Below are positions 17,492 through 25,435 of a stretch of 64,000 nt of DNA, in pieces. The notes below the pieces were generated by a model. It had not been told where the DNA came from. It saw only the letters and a program-made list of their open reading frames with translations, and made no database searches. Position 1 is the stretch's first letter, and each line of letters begins with the position of its first letter. The DNA is from a virus (lineage: Duplodnaviria > Heunggongvirae > Uroviricota > Caudoviricetes): IMG/VR virus record IMGVR_UViG_3300025117_000034; one strand, 5' to 3'. Made by a program: the position numbers and the translations under genes.

Positions 17492-17713
17492 ATGGACTAC
17501 ACTGAATACAATGTTGAAATGATGGATGATTGTATTTCAATGGTAGAGCTTAGAGACAACTGTGTGCTAACAAACAAGAAAGCATTATACGGTTGGATTA
17601 GACAATTTAAGGACACTAAGGTTAATGAAATTTATTGGGTTAAAAAGCTAAGAAACAATACTACAGGAGAGACTACTTTTGCTAGGGTTAACTATGAAAG
17701 TATTGCTCAATGA
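17492..17713 (+). CDS. Hypothetical protein
   Basis: 73 aa, AGGAG RBS, AT-rich. Confidence 0.55.
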   Translation: MDYTEYNVEMMDDCISMVELRDNCVLTNKKALYGWIRQFKDTKVNEIYWVKKLRNNTTGETTFARVNYESIAQ

Positions 17714-17961
17714 GTAAGAAATGTCCTCAGTGCGGAAGTAGTCATTACATTACTACATTGATGGGTTTTATTAACTGTAGAAACGAGAACGATGTTAACT
17801 GTTGTGACTGTGGGTGGTCTGGTAAAGCGTATGAGCTAAAGCTAGACGATGACTTACTATGCACATGCTCAACTGGTTCTTGCAACAAGCATGGCAGATC
17901 TATTAGATCAGAGGTAAGACGAGAGCTGGATGAGTCATGGCAGAGAATGATAGGTGGTTAA
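17710..17961 (+). CDS. Small Cys-rich Zn-ribbon protein
   Basis: CPQCGS...CCDCGW...CTC. Confidence 0.55.
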   Translation: MSKKCPQCGSSHYITTLMGFINCRNENDVNCCDCGWSGKAYELKLDDDLLCTCSTGSCNKHGRSIRSEVRRELDESWQRMIGG

Positions 17962-17966
17962 ATAAT

Positions 17967-18039
17967 GACTTGGTAGTGTAACCTGGTAACACACCAGTCT
18001 CCAACACTGGTAATCTGAGTCCAAATCTCAGCCGAGTCG
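17967..18039 (+). tRNA. tRNA-Trp (CCA), no encoded 3' CCA
   Basis: Acceptor GACTTGG/CCGAGTC, D-stem GTGT/ACAC, anticodon arm CCAGT-CTCCAAC-ACTGG, T-arm CTGAG-TCCAAAT-CTCAG. Confidence 0.85.
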
Positions 18040-18058
18040 CATTTAAAAGGAACTGTTT

Positions 18059-18232
18059 ATGTCAAGACAGCAGAAGAGTAAGAGAGCACGTAGCGAGGAG
18101 AGAGCACTAAGATTTATCGAGATGGAGACAGGAGAGTTGTTTGGTACATGGCATAACACTTCTCATATATCTGGATGGAAAAGACAGAGGGGACGTAGAA
18201 CAACCAAGGGTATGCGTGGTATAATTAAGTAG
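18059..18232 (+). CDS. Unannotated 57-aa basic protein
   Basis: MSRQQKSKRARSEERALRFIEMETGELFGTW...; AAGG RBS. Confidence 0.4.
   Translation: MSRQQKSKRARSEERALRFIEMETGELFGTWHNTSHISGWKRQRGRRTTKGMRGIIK
18196..18225 (+). promoter_or_regulatory. SigA-type promoter TAGAAC-N18-TATAAT (GTGG before -10)
   Basis: Same family as 4761, 16609 and 23491; upstream of the primase Zn-finger/polA genes. Confidence 0.55.
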
Positions 18233-18242
18233 AGGACAGGAC

Positions 18243-18683
18243 ATGGAGCTTAGGCTCATAAAGATAGTAGACAAGGTATTCTCTGCCAGGAAGCTACTTG
18301 AATCCTTGGGTGTCAGGATTTATGGTAACAATGTATTCCTGTGCCCTTTCCATGATGACAACCACAACTCAGCGAAGTTCTACGAGGATGCTAACAACAT
18401 GTATTGCTTTGCTGAGCGCAGGGTCTACGGATCTTATGATATGCTTAGACATATGGAGTTCTCTGATAAAGATATATTCCTCCAGTTGAAGAAGTCAGGT
18501 AAACTTGGTACAATAATAGAAGAGAAGAAGCTGGACAAAGTTGATCTGGATATGGATTTCATAAAGGACTTACAGAAGAAAGTATTGCTGAAGAAGCTTA
18601 CAATGAATCAAGCTTGTAAGCTTATAAAGGAGAAGAGCATCCATGTTTGCGAAGTACACCCCGATGTACCTGAAGAATCTTAA
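18243..18683 (+). CDS. Stand-alone primase CHC2-type Zn-binding domain protein
   Basis: FLCPFHDD.HNS.KFY...MYCFAE...GSYDML; fourth Cys replaced by Glu. Confidence 0.75.
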   Translation: MELRLIKIVDKVFSARKLLESLGVRIYGNNVFLCPFHDDNHNSAKFYEDANNMYCFAERRVYGSYDMLRHMEFSDKDIFLQLKKSGKLGTIIEEKKLDKVDLDMDFIKDLQKKVLLKKLTMNQACKLIKEKSIHVCEVHPDVPEES

Positions 18684-20679
18684 GCCACTCATTGCTCAAG
18701 ATAAAACCCAGTATATTATGCTCAAGGATGAGGATTCCATTAAGGCTGTGTGTAAGCAATACATGTCATTGCCTGAGGCTCAGCGTATCATTGCCATTGA
18801 TACAGAGACCACTGATCTTAATCATAAGCTTGCTGGCCTTGTAGGCATCTCACTATGCTTTACTCTTGACAAAGCATATTACATCCCGATCTCCCATAAG
18901 GTCGGTGAGAACTTCACTGACTTCAATAAGTTCAGCAAGTTCTTTAACAAGATGCTATATGCAAGTTCAAAGGTTCTGTTCTTCAATGCAAGGTTTGACA
19001 TGCGTATACTGAGGGAGTCCAGCGGACTTGATCCATTTAAGGTTAAGTACTTCGACACACAACTCCTGGTGTGGAACGCTGATACAAACGTTAAACGTCT
19101 TGGTCTCAAGTGGTGTATGGAGAATATTCTCAAGTGGAAGTTTCAGAACTTTGAGGACGTTGTTGGTGATTCACATGATATCTCCTACATTGACTCAAAG
19201 GATGTGGTGTCCTACGCTAGCATGGATGCTGCTGCCACGTTCCAGATCTGGGAGATGTTCAAGGGTCTATACGAGAAGCAGCTCAAGACCGTGGTTGACC
19301 TTGACAATGCCTGTCTGCTTCCTTTGATGGTTGAGGAGGAGGGGCTCATCCCAGTTGACGTTGAGCTGCTCAAGAGCTACAAGCCTGAGCTTGAGAGCCG
19401 CATGGCACGTCTGGAAGAATCAATCTATGAGTCAGCTGGCTCCAAGTTTAATATTGGGTCAACCAAGCAGCTCATTGAGGTATTCAAGAAGCTTGGGATC
19501 AACACTGGGCAGGTTACAGACAAGGGTTCAATGTCAACAGGTGAGGCAGCACTTGTCCCGCTGCAGAAGGACTACCCGTTCGTTGCCAGTATCCTTGAGG
19601 TACGTGGTCTCAAGAAGCTTATGGGAACCTACGTTGACACGTTCATTGAGGAAGCAGAGAAGCACAATGGCGGGGTGTATTTTAACTACAAGGTAACTGA
19701 AGCTGCCACTGGTCGCCTTGCAGGTGGTGGTGACAAGCTCAATAGCTTCTTTGCCAGCATCAATTGCCAGAACATGCCTAAGACACCTCCTACACGGTAC
19801 AAGCTGATCAAGGGTGGTCCCATCTTCGGGTATGGCTATAAGGATGTAGGTCACGATGATGACTACGACTTTGAGGCACTGAGTCTTAAGAACTCCATTC
19901 GCCATGCCATCAAAGCTAAACCTGGAGAACTGTTCTTCCATGGTGACTTCGCTGCCCAAGAAATTCGCCTCATAGCAAACCTAACTGGTTGCAAGATGGT
20001 TGACTTCATCCAGAATGGTTTAGACATCCATGAAGAGACAGCAAAGATGCTCTTTGGTGCGGAGTACGAAACAGATAAGAAGAAGTATCGTACCATTGCT
20101 AAGACCATTAACTTTGCGGTTGCTTATGGTGGCGGGGCTGGCACTGTAGGGTCTAACCTTGGAATCTCACGTGAAGAGGCCCAGGTTATCGTTGACAAGT
20201 GGTGGAGTGTGTACCCTGAGATCAAGAAGTGGAACGCAGGAGAAGTTGTGAAGGCAAAGAAGTGCGGGTACGTCAAGACATACTTTGGACGGCAGCGTTG
20301 GGTTCATGAGGACTTGGCTAGTGAGGACAGGCGTGGTTATGCAATGCGTACCATTATTAACTCGCCTATCCAGGGTACAGCAGCTGACATCTCCAAGCTG
20401 GCCTTGCATCGTATCCACAACAATGTCCTCATGACCAATGAAGACATCAAGCTTCTTCTGTGTGTGCACGACGAGTTTAACTTCTCCGTGCCAGCTGATC
20501 CTAACCGCTTCCTTGAGCTGGCAAAGATGGTCAAGAAGAACATGGAGATCAGTGTCAAGGGCTGGAAGCTGCCAATGACTGCCGACTTCACGGTTGGCAC
20601 AAGCTATGCCGATGGAGTTCCAGTTGAGTTCGATGGCGACAAGATTATCCTTTGTGGCAAATACGAGGTGGAGATCTAG
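18643..20679 (+). CDS. polA: Family A DNA polymerase with 3'-5' exonuclease, no 5' nuclease domain
   Basis: Exo I IDTET, Exo II FNARFD, Exo III YASMD; motif A GDFAAQEIR, motif B RTIAKTINFAVAYG, motif C VHDE. Confidence 0.95.
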   Translation: MFAKYTPMYLKNLKPLIAQDKTQYIMLKDEDSIKAVCKQYMSLPEAQRIIAIDTETTDLNHKLAGLVGISLCFTLDKAYYIPISHKVGENFTDFNKFSKFFNKMLYASSKVLFFNARFDMRILRESSGLDPFKVKYFDTQLLVWNADTNVKRLGLKWCMENILKWKFQNFEDVVGDSHDISYIDSKDVVSYASMDAAATFQIWEMFKGLYEKQLKTVVDLDNACLLPLMVEEEGLIPVDVELLKSYKPELESRMARLEESIYESAGSKFNIGSTKQLIEVFKKLGINTGQVTDKGSMSTGEAALVPLQKDYPFVASILEVRGLKKLMGTYVDTFIEEAEKHNGGVYFNYKVTEAATGRLAGGGDKLNSFFASINCQNMPKTPPTRYKLIKGGPIFGYGYKDVGHDDDYDFEALSLKNSIRHAIKAKPGELFFHGDFAAQEIRLIANLTGCKMVDFIQNGLDIHEETAKMLFGAEYETDKKKYRTIAKTINFAVAYGGGAGTVGSNLGISREEAQVIVDKWWSVYPEIKKWNAGEVVKAKKCGYVKTYFGRQRWVHEDLASEDRRGYAMRTIINSPIQGTAADISKLALHRIHNNVLMTNEDIKLLLCVHDEFNFSVPADPNRFLELAKMVKKNMEISVKGWKLPMTADFTVGTSYADGVPVEFDGDKIILCGKYEVEI

Positions 20680-20682
20680 ACC

Positions 20683-21021
20683 ATGGGAATGTTTGATTAT
20701 GTAAAGGTTAATATTAATGCTGTCCCAGGATCACTTCGCCCACAGTTTTCAAGGGTAGTAAAAGATCCTAGGTGTAAAGGTGAGTTTCAAACAAAGTGCA
20801 CAGAGTGTCATATGAATACGTACAGAATAAGTGCAGATAGGACTCTTTTTATATCTAAGTGGAATCACGATCTTGAGGTTTACGTAGAGAGTGCATGCGA
20901 TTACACTGGAGACATTGACTTCTACACTGGTACAGATAGATATGGGTGGGTGGAATATAGAGCATCTTTTGATAATGGTAATCTAGTTAAGTTTGTCAAT
21001 ACTCATATTGGGAGCGAATAG
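20683..21021 (+). CDS. Hypothetical phage protein
   Basis: 112 aa; MGMFD..QTK..C...Y.I pattern. Confidence 0.55.
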   Translation: MGMFDYVKVNINAVPGSLRPQFSRVVKDPRCKGEFQTKCTECHMNTYRISADRTLFISKWNHDLEVYVESACDYTGDIDFYTGTDRYGWVEYRASFDNGNLVKFVNTHIGSE

Positions 21022-21023
21022 AT

Positions 21024-21764
21024 ATGATTACAATACTTGAGACAGTAGTTGGCTCAACACTTCATGGCATAGCTGTCAATGATGGTCTTGAGGACACTGA
21101 CTACATGGGTGTCTGCATTGAGGATAAGAAGAAGCTCATTGGCCTTGCTGAGTGGAAGGGTACAATTGTAGAGCGTACTAAGCCGGAGGGTGTTCGCAGT
21201 GAGGCTGGTGATGTTGACCGTGTAACCTATGGGCTTCGTAAGTACCTTCGCCTAGCTCTAGGCGGTAACCCGTCAGTACTGCTTCCATTGTTTGCCCCAA
21301 CACAGTTCATTACCCAGTGCACAACAGAGGGTGACGAGCTCCGTGGCCTAGCCAGTAAGATAGTGTCAGCAAAGATCAGGACTCCGTTTATGGGCTATGC
21401 ACGGCAGCAGCACGAGCGTATGCTGGGACTAAGAGGCCAGCGCAATGTAACAAGACCAGAGCTTGTTGATAAGTATGGTTATGACACAAAATATGCATCC
21501 CATATCATTCGTCTATGTATACAGGGGATGGAGCTGTTATCTTGCGGTAAGCTGTCACTGCCAATGGCTGAGCCTGATGCTAAGTTCCTACGCGGTATTA
21601 GAAAGGGAGCACTTAAGCTCGGTGAGGTGTCAGAGGTTATCCTGGACTATGAGAACAAACTTGCTACATGCCCAACAATGCTGCCAGCAGAGCCAGACTA
21701 TGAATTCGTTGAGAACTGGATGACGGACAAGTATATGCACTATTGGATGAACGACGGAGAGTAA
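21024..21764 (+). CDS. Pol-beta-superfamily nucleotidyltransferase (RlaP/PF10127-like)
   Basis: VVGSTLHG...EDTDYMGV, YGLRKYLRL...GNPS, YDTKYASHIIRL. Confidence 0.8.
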   Translation: MITILETVVGSTLHGIAVNDGLEDTDYMGVCIEDKKKLIGLAEWKGTIVERTKPEGVRSEAGDVDRVTYGLRKYLRLALGGNPSVLLPLFAPTQFITQCTTEGDELRGLASKIVSAKIRTPFMGYARQQHERMLGLRGQRNVTRPELVDKYGYDTKYASHIIRLCIQGMELLSCGKLSLPMAEPDAKFLRGIRKGALKLGEVSEVILDYENKLATCPTMLPAEPDYEFVENWMTDKYMHYWMNDGE

Positions 21765-21766
21765 TC

Positions 21767-22183
21767 ATGACTTATTGCCCTCACTGTAAACAGGAGAAGG
21801 AAGACACAGAGTTCCCTAAACGTAGAAGTAACTATAAGGCTAGGAATAAAACAAGGGGTAGGATGTGTAGGAGATGTCTTAATAGGAAAAGCAGGGAGCG
21901 TGTACAGAAAAATCCGGAGCGCATCAAAGAGTACCTAAAAAAGTATCGAGCTGCTAATCTAAAAAAGATGAAAGAAGCTGCTCGTAAGTATTACGAGGAA
22001 GGAACAACGGACGCAGAAGGAAACAAAGTTAAGTTCAAGCATAACTATACCAAGAGGCACAGTGTATCAATGATTAAGTACTGCGCCAAGAGAATTGGTG
22101 TGGAGTTATGCAACCTCGACTTAGACAAGCTAGCACGTATAGCTAAGAGGGAAAAGACGGAGGCTATGGGTGGAACTATTTAA
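21767..22183 (+). CDS. Basic CxxC...CxxC DNA-binding-like protein (paralog A)
   Basis: CPHCKQEK..EF...CRRC, basic helix, KYCAKRIGVELC. Confidence 0.6.
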   Translation: MTYCPHCKQEKEDTEFPKRRSNYKARNKTRGRMCRRCLNRKSRERVQKNPERIKEYLKKYRAANLKKMKEAARKYYEEGTTDAEGNKVKFKHNYTKRHSVSMIKYCAKRIGVELCNLDLDKLARIAKREKTEAMGGTI

Positions 22184-22574
22184 GTGTGGGGCTTGTGATA
22201 ACATGCTGTCTAGTGAGTTATTTAGGTTTAAAAAAAGTGGTAACAAAGTTTACAAGGAGACTATTTGCAGGAAGTGCAGAAATCATAGGGAAAAGCTGCG
22301 GAGGATAGCTAACAAGGACGAGGTAAATGAAGCGCAAAGGAAGTACATGGCTGAGTACAGAAAAACTGAAGCCTTTATAAAGTCACAGGAGAAACTTAAA
22401 AACAGTCCAAAGTACAAAAACTATATTAAGGACTACCAAAAGAAGTACTCCAAGAAAAAGGCTTACTCCTTCAACATACTAAAGTGGAGCGCAAGGAAGC
22501 TTGGCATAACACTTTGTGGATGTTGCATTAGGAAGATGGAGGAACAGGTTGCCAAGGAGAAAGCTAATGGGTAA
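22170..22574 (+). CDS. Basic CxxC...CxxC DNA-binding-like protein (paralog B)
   Basis: CGACD..LF...CRKC, basic helix, KWSARKLGITLC. Confidence 0.6.
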   Translation: MELFKCGACDNMLSSELFRFKKSGNKVYKETICRKCRNHREKLRRIANKDEVNEAQRKYMAEYRKTEAFIKSQEKLKNSPKYKNYIKDYQKKYSKKKAYSFNILKWSARKLGITLCGCCIRKMEEQVAKEKANG

Positions 22575-22869
22575 GAAACTACCAACGACACCACGTTCAC
22601 GTGTCCGCGCCGCGCTCCGTCAGCTGTGGCTCCGCAGCAGGGAAAGAGCAAGTGCAGTTAAGCGTGAGCACAACACATGTCAGCGTTCTTCAAAGAAGGG
22701 GTCAGTTGCCAAAGGCAAAGAAGTTAAGATAAACGTGCACCATACCAAAGGGATATGCAACTGGGATGCTGTTATTGATCATATATTCAAGGAGATATTG
22801 TGCAATCCTGCTGCGCTCGAGGTACTCTGCGTTGAGTGCCACGACAAAGAGCATCATAAGACACCTTAG
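22567..22869 (+). CDS. Small HNH-like endonuclease
   Basis: VHHTKG...LEVLCVECHDKEH; ATG 22567 overlaps the upstream stop. Confidence 0.65.
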   Translation: MGKKLPTTPRSRVRAALRQLWLRSRERASAVKREHNTCQRSSKKGSVAKGKEVKINVHHTKGICNWDAVIDHIFKEILCNPAALEVLCVECHDKEHHKTP

Positions 22870-22876
22870 TTATACA
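22870..22876 (+). promoter_or_regulatory. Candidate late promoter TTATACA (endolysin)
   Basis: In the intergenic gap; motif recurs before several structural genes. Confidence 0.45.
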
Positions 22877-22908
22877 CTTGGTTATCTAGACTTCAAGGAG
22901 ATAACCAC

Positions 22909-23508
22909 ATGGCACGTATATGGTTAGACGCAGGGCATAGCGGAGTACAGGCTGGCAGTGATCCAGGTGCAGTCAAGTTTATCAAGGAAGCTGCAGCTAA
23001 TCTAACTGTATCCCTTGAAGCTGAGCGTCTACTAACTGAAGCAGGGCACACAGTTGGCATGACACGTAGAAGCGATGCATCAATTATCTCCTTGAATGAC
23101 CGCTGCAAGCTAGCCAATGCTTTCAAGGCTGACTACTTCATCTCGATCCATCATAATGCTGGCGGTGGTGACGGCTATGAGATCATTCACTCGATCTATC
23201 ACGGCAAAGGTCTTGACCTAGCCAAGTCAATAAGCACTGAGTTCAACAAGCTTCAGAACCCACATGGCACACATGGCATCTATGACAAAGAAGGCCGCAA
23301 CGGAGATTACTTTGCTGTCATCCGTGACACACACATGCCAGCCATTATCACTGAGTTCGCCTACGTTGACAACGCAAAAGATGTTCAGGCTATTGACTCC
23401 AAGGAAGATCTACTGCTAGAAGCTAAAGCCATTGTTACTGGCACCCTTAATTATCTAAAGAAACTAAATGAGGGTTCAGCAAAGGATTCCTTGAAACAAG
23501 CCAAATAG
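22909..23508 (+). CDS. N-acetylmuramoyl-L-alanine amidase (Amidase_3) endolysin, no cell-wall-binding domain
   Basis: LDAGH, E..AN, ISIHHNA, AVIR...PAIITEFAYVDN. Confidence 0.9.
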   Translation: MARIWLDAGHSGVQAGSDPGAVKFIKEAAANLTVSLEAERLLTEAGHTVGMTRRSDASIISLNDRCKLANAFKADYFISIHHNAGGGDGYEIIHSIYHGKGLDLAKSISTEFNKLQNPHGTHGIYDKEGRNGDYFAVIRDTHMPAIITEFAYVDNAKDVQAIDSKEDLLLEAKAIVTGTLNYLKKLNEGSAKDSLKQAK

Positions 23509-23519
23509 TGTGGTATAAT
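23491..23519 (+). promoter_or_regulatory. SigA-type promoter TTGAAA-N17-TATAAT with TGTG extension
   Basis: ttgaaa caagccaaatagtgtgg tataat. Confidence 0.8.
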
Positions 23520-23550
23520 AGTAGTAGACAGCACATAGAGGAGATGGATA

Positions 23551-23925
23551 ATGTTACTCAAACTGGCCTATTGGTTAGTTTATAAGTCACTTGTTATACT
23601 CGGTTTAGACAACTGGTATAACAACAGTGTTCATGTTACTCTGCGTATGTCCATCCGTGATCTGTGTTATCACTTTGAGAAGAGGATGCTTATATTCTCT
23701 TACATGATAATAGGTTATGCTATCATGGCTTTTGTCTGTGTGTTCAATATAATTATAGTGTCTATCTTTAGAGTATCATTCCTGGGGTTCTACTATGCAG
23801 CATGCTTCCTTATGTCTTTCATTGAGAGCATAGTGAAGATCAGATATGGAATTCAGATGATGGGGATAAAGGAGATGTCCACGTGGTATACAAGACAGGT
23901 GACTTGTCAGAAGCCAGCTATCTAA
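23551..23925 (+). CDS. Membrane protein (2-3 hydrophobic segments)
   Basis: LIFSYMIIGYAIMAFVCVFNIIIVSIF and SFLGFYYAACFLMSFI. Confidence 0.55.
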   Translation: MLLKLAYWLVYKSLVILGLDNWYNNSVHVTLRMSIRDLCYHFEKRMLIFSYMIIGYAIMAFVCVFNIIIVSIFRVSFLGFYYAACFLMSFIESIVKIRYGIQMMGIKEMSTWYTRQVTCQKPAI

Positions 23926-24119
23926 AAGCAAAGGGTCGCAAGATTGTTGATGTAATCTTCAAAGGTAAGAAAGCTACATTTCTATTTGAGGATGTTGATG
24001 AGATGTGTCGCAGCTTGATTATGGAGTACATCAATGGTGATGCAATGGTTAACGCCAAGTGCATGATGGATGCACAGAGGGGACTTAAGGATCTTATCTT
24101 TACACACAGCCGAAGCTAA
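23883..24119 (+). CDS. DUF5659-like small protein
   Basis: TGDLSEASYLKAKG...FLFED...EYING.A.VN..........LKDLI recalled as this family's pattern. Confidence 0.45.
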   Translation: MVYKTGDLSEASYLKAKGRKIVDVIFKGKKATFLFEDVDEMCRSLIMEYINGDAMVNAKCMMDAQRGLKDLIFTHSRS

Positions 24120-24307
24120 TGTTAAAAGAGCAGGAGGATGGGATAGTCCTGAGGTTTCAGTACCAGGATCAGCTGGAGAGGTTTCTTGAGGAACTCCAGT
24201 TAATACCTGGTAGTAGGTTGGACAGTCTAGGAGAGCACATTGAGGAAGTCATGGAGATTTGTGCGAGACTGAAGATAGATTATATCTACAAGGAGAGGAT
24301 AGGATGA
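24119..24307 (+). CDS. Hypothetical protein
   Basis: 62 aa, coupled to neighbours. Confidence 0.5.
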   Translation: MLKEQEDGIVLRFQYQDQLERFLEELQLIPGSRLDSLGEHIEEVMEICARLKIDYIYKERIG

Positions 24308-24615
24308 AGGTTGATGACATTGTTACAAGGCTCAAAAAGAAAGCACTAAAAAGTTCATGTCATTACTCTATAGCGGCCATCGGTTTAGATTATAGGAACA
24401 AGCCTATATGTATTAAGTTTAACCATCCTAGGTTCTCCCGCAAGGGTGGTGGTATGCATGCAGAGCTTAACGTTATGCGTAACTCACCCAAGTCTTTGCG
24501 GAGAATTATTATATGTCGTATGAATCTCAATGGGGAGACTCTCCCTATTGATCCTTGCTCTGTGTGTCTTGCTAAAGCCAGAGAGTTGGGGGTTACCATT
24601 GAAACACTCAGATAA
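24304..24615 (+). CDS. Cytidine/dCMP-deaminase-fold Zn protein
   Basis: HAE and PCSVC motifs; ATG 24304 with AGGAG RBS. Confidence 0.75.
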   Translation: MKVDDIVTRLKKKALKSSCHYSIAAIGLDYRNKPICIKFNHPRFSRKGGGMHAELNVMRNSPKSLRRIIICRMNLNGETLPIDPCSVCLAKARELGVTIETLR

Positions 24616-24751
24616 GTTTGACCTAAAGGAATTCTTAGATTACATGGCATTGGTGGGTATGTCGTTGGTTCTCACAGCTATCACAATGGCTTGTATTCTT
24701 TCAGTTATATCAGTAGGTTATGTCGTACTCACAGGAGACTACGGTGGCTAA
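24599..24751 (+). CDS. Small membrane protein
   Basis: In-frame TTG at 24599; one long hydrophobic segment. Confidence 0.4.
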   Translation: MKHSDKFDLKEFLDYMALVGMSLVLTAITMACILSVISVGYVVLTGDYGG

Positions 24752-24959
24752 CTTTATCCTAAAAGTTATCTTCTTTGTTCCTATAGCTGTCAATGATTGG
24801 ATGCATAGAGTGCTCTGTAGGTTCACAGTCAATCAGTATGGTCGTGCATACTTTGCTCTATATTATGATATCCTTGATGCAATAAGTGGTTGCAAATTGA
24901 AGGAAGAACGGTTAAAGCAACTGTTTTCTTATACACGTAAAGGTAGTAATACTTATTAA
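24720..24959 (+). CDS. Hypothetical protein
   Basis: 79 aa. Confidence 0.4.
   Translation: MSYSQETTVANFILKVIFFVPIAVNDWMHRVLCRFTVNQYGRAYFALYYDILDAISGCKLKEERLKQLFSYTRKGSNTY
24929..24935 (+). promoter_or_regulatory. Candidate late promoter (C)TTATACA
   Basis: ttttcttatacac, about 35 nt before ATG 24972. Confidence 0.45.
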
Positions 24960-24971
24960 AGGAGACTGCCA

Positions 24972-25412
24972 ATGCGTCTAGATGAAGCTGTTGCCTATGT
25001 GAGAAGTGAACTAGCTCTTTTGAATTACTTCCCTGCTGCCTCAGTTGCTTTGATTGAGAGTGGCTTGGAAATCCTAGAAGATCTTATGGGAGCTCCTCAG
25101 CTATATATCAACACCTATAACTCAGACACACTTACTTGTAATGTGTCACAGCCCCTCTATACTCTTTCAGGCCAGACATATGTATCGGTTAATGATGCCA
25201 CTGATATGACCAGTGACTTCTCAGCTAATGCAACTCTTTCAGCTGTGACATACTCACTAGGCACTGCAGTAAAGATTGTTGCCCAGTTCTCTGCACCTGT
25301 TGCAGATGCTACAGCAATGATCTATTCCTCAAATGCACTGTACAGTCGTTCAGGTGATTCATATGTTCCAGTAGCAGCTACATTTACAAACAACGCATGG
25401 ATCATAGGTTAA
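24972..25412 (+). CDS. Putative virion protein
   Basis: 146 aa, AAGGAG RBS, beta-rich C-terminus. Confidence 0.5.
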   Translation: MRLDEAVAYVRSELALLNYFPAASVALIESGLEILEDLMGAPQLYINTYNSDTLTCNVSQPLYTLSGQTYVSVNDATDMTSDFSANATLSAVTYSLGTAVKIVAQFSAPVADATAMIYSSNALYSRSGDSYVPVAATFTNNAWIIG

Positions 25413-25435
25413 CTAAGCAGTAAGGTGGTACAAGC

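Noticed and set aside
1387-20679. Inteins or group I introns in terL, recA, polA
   Set aside because: Motif spacing is continuous; no intein C...HN ends or unexplained breaks
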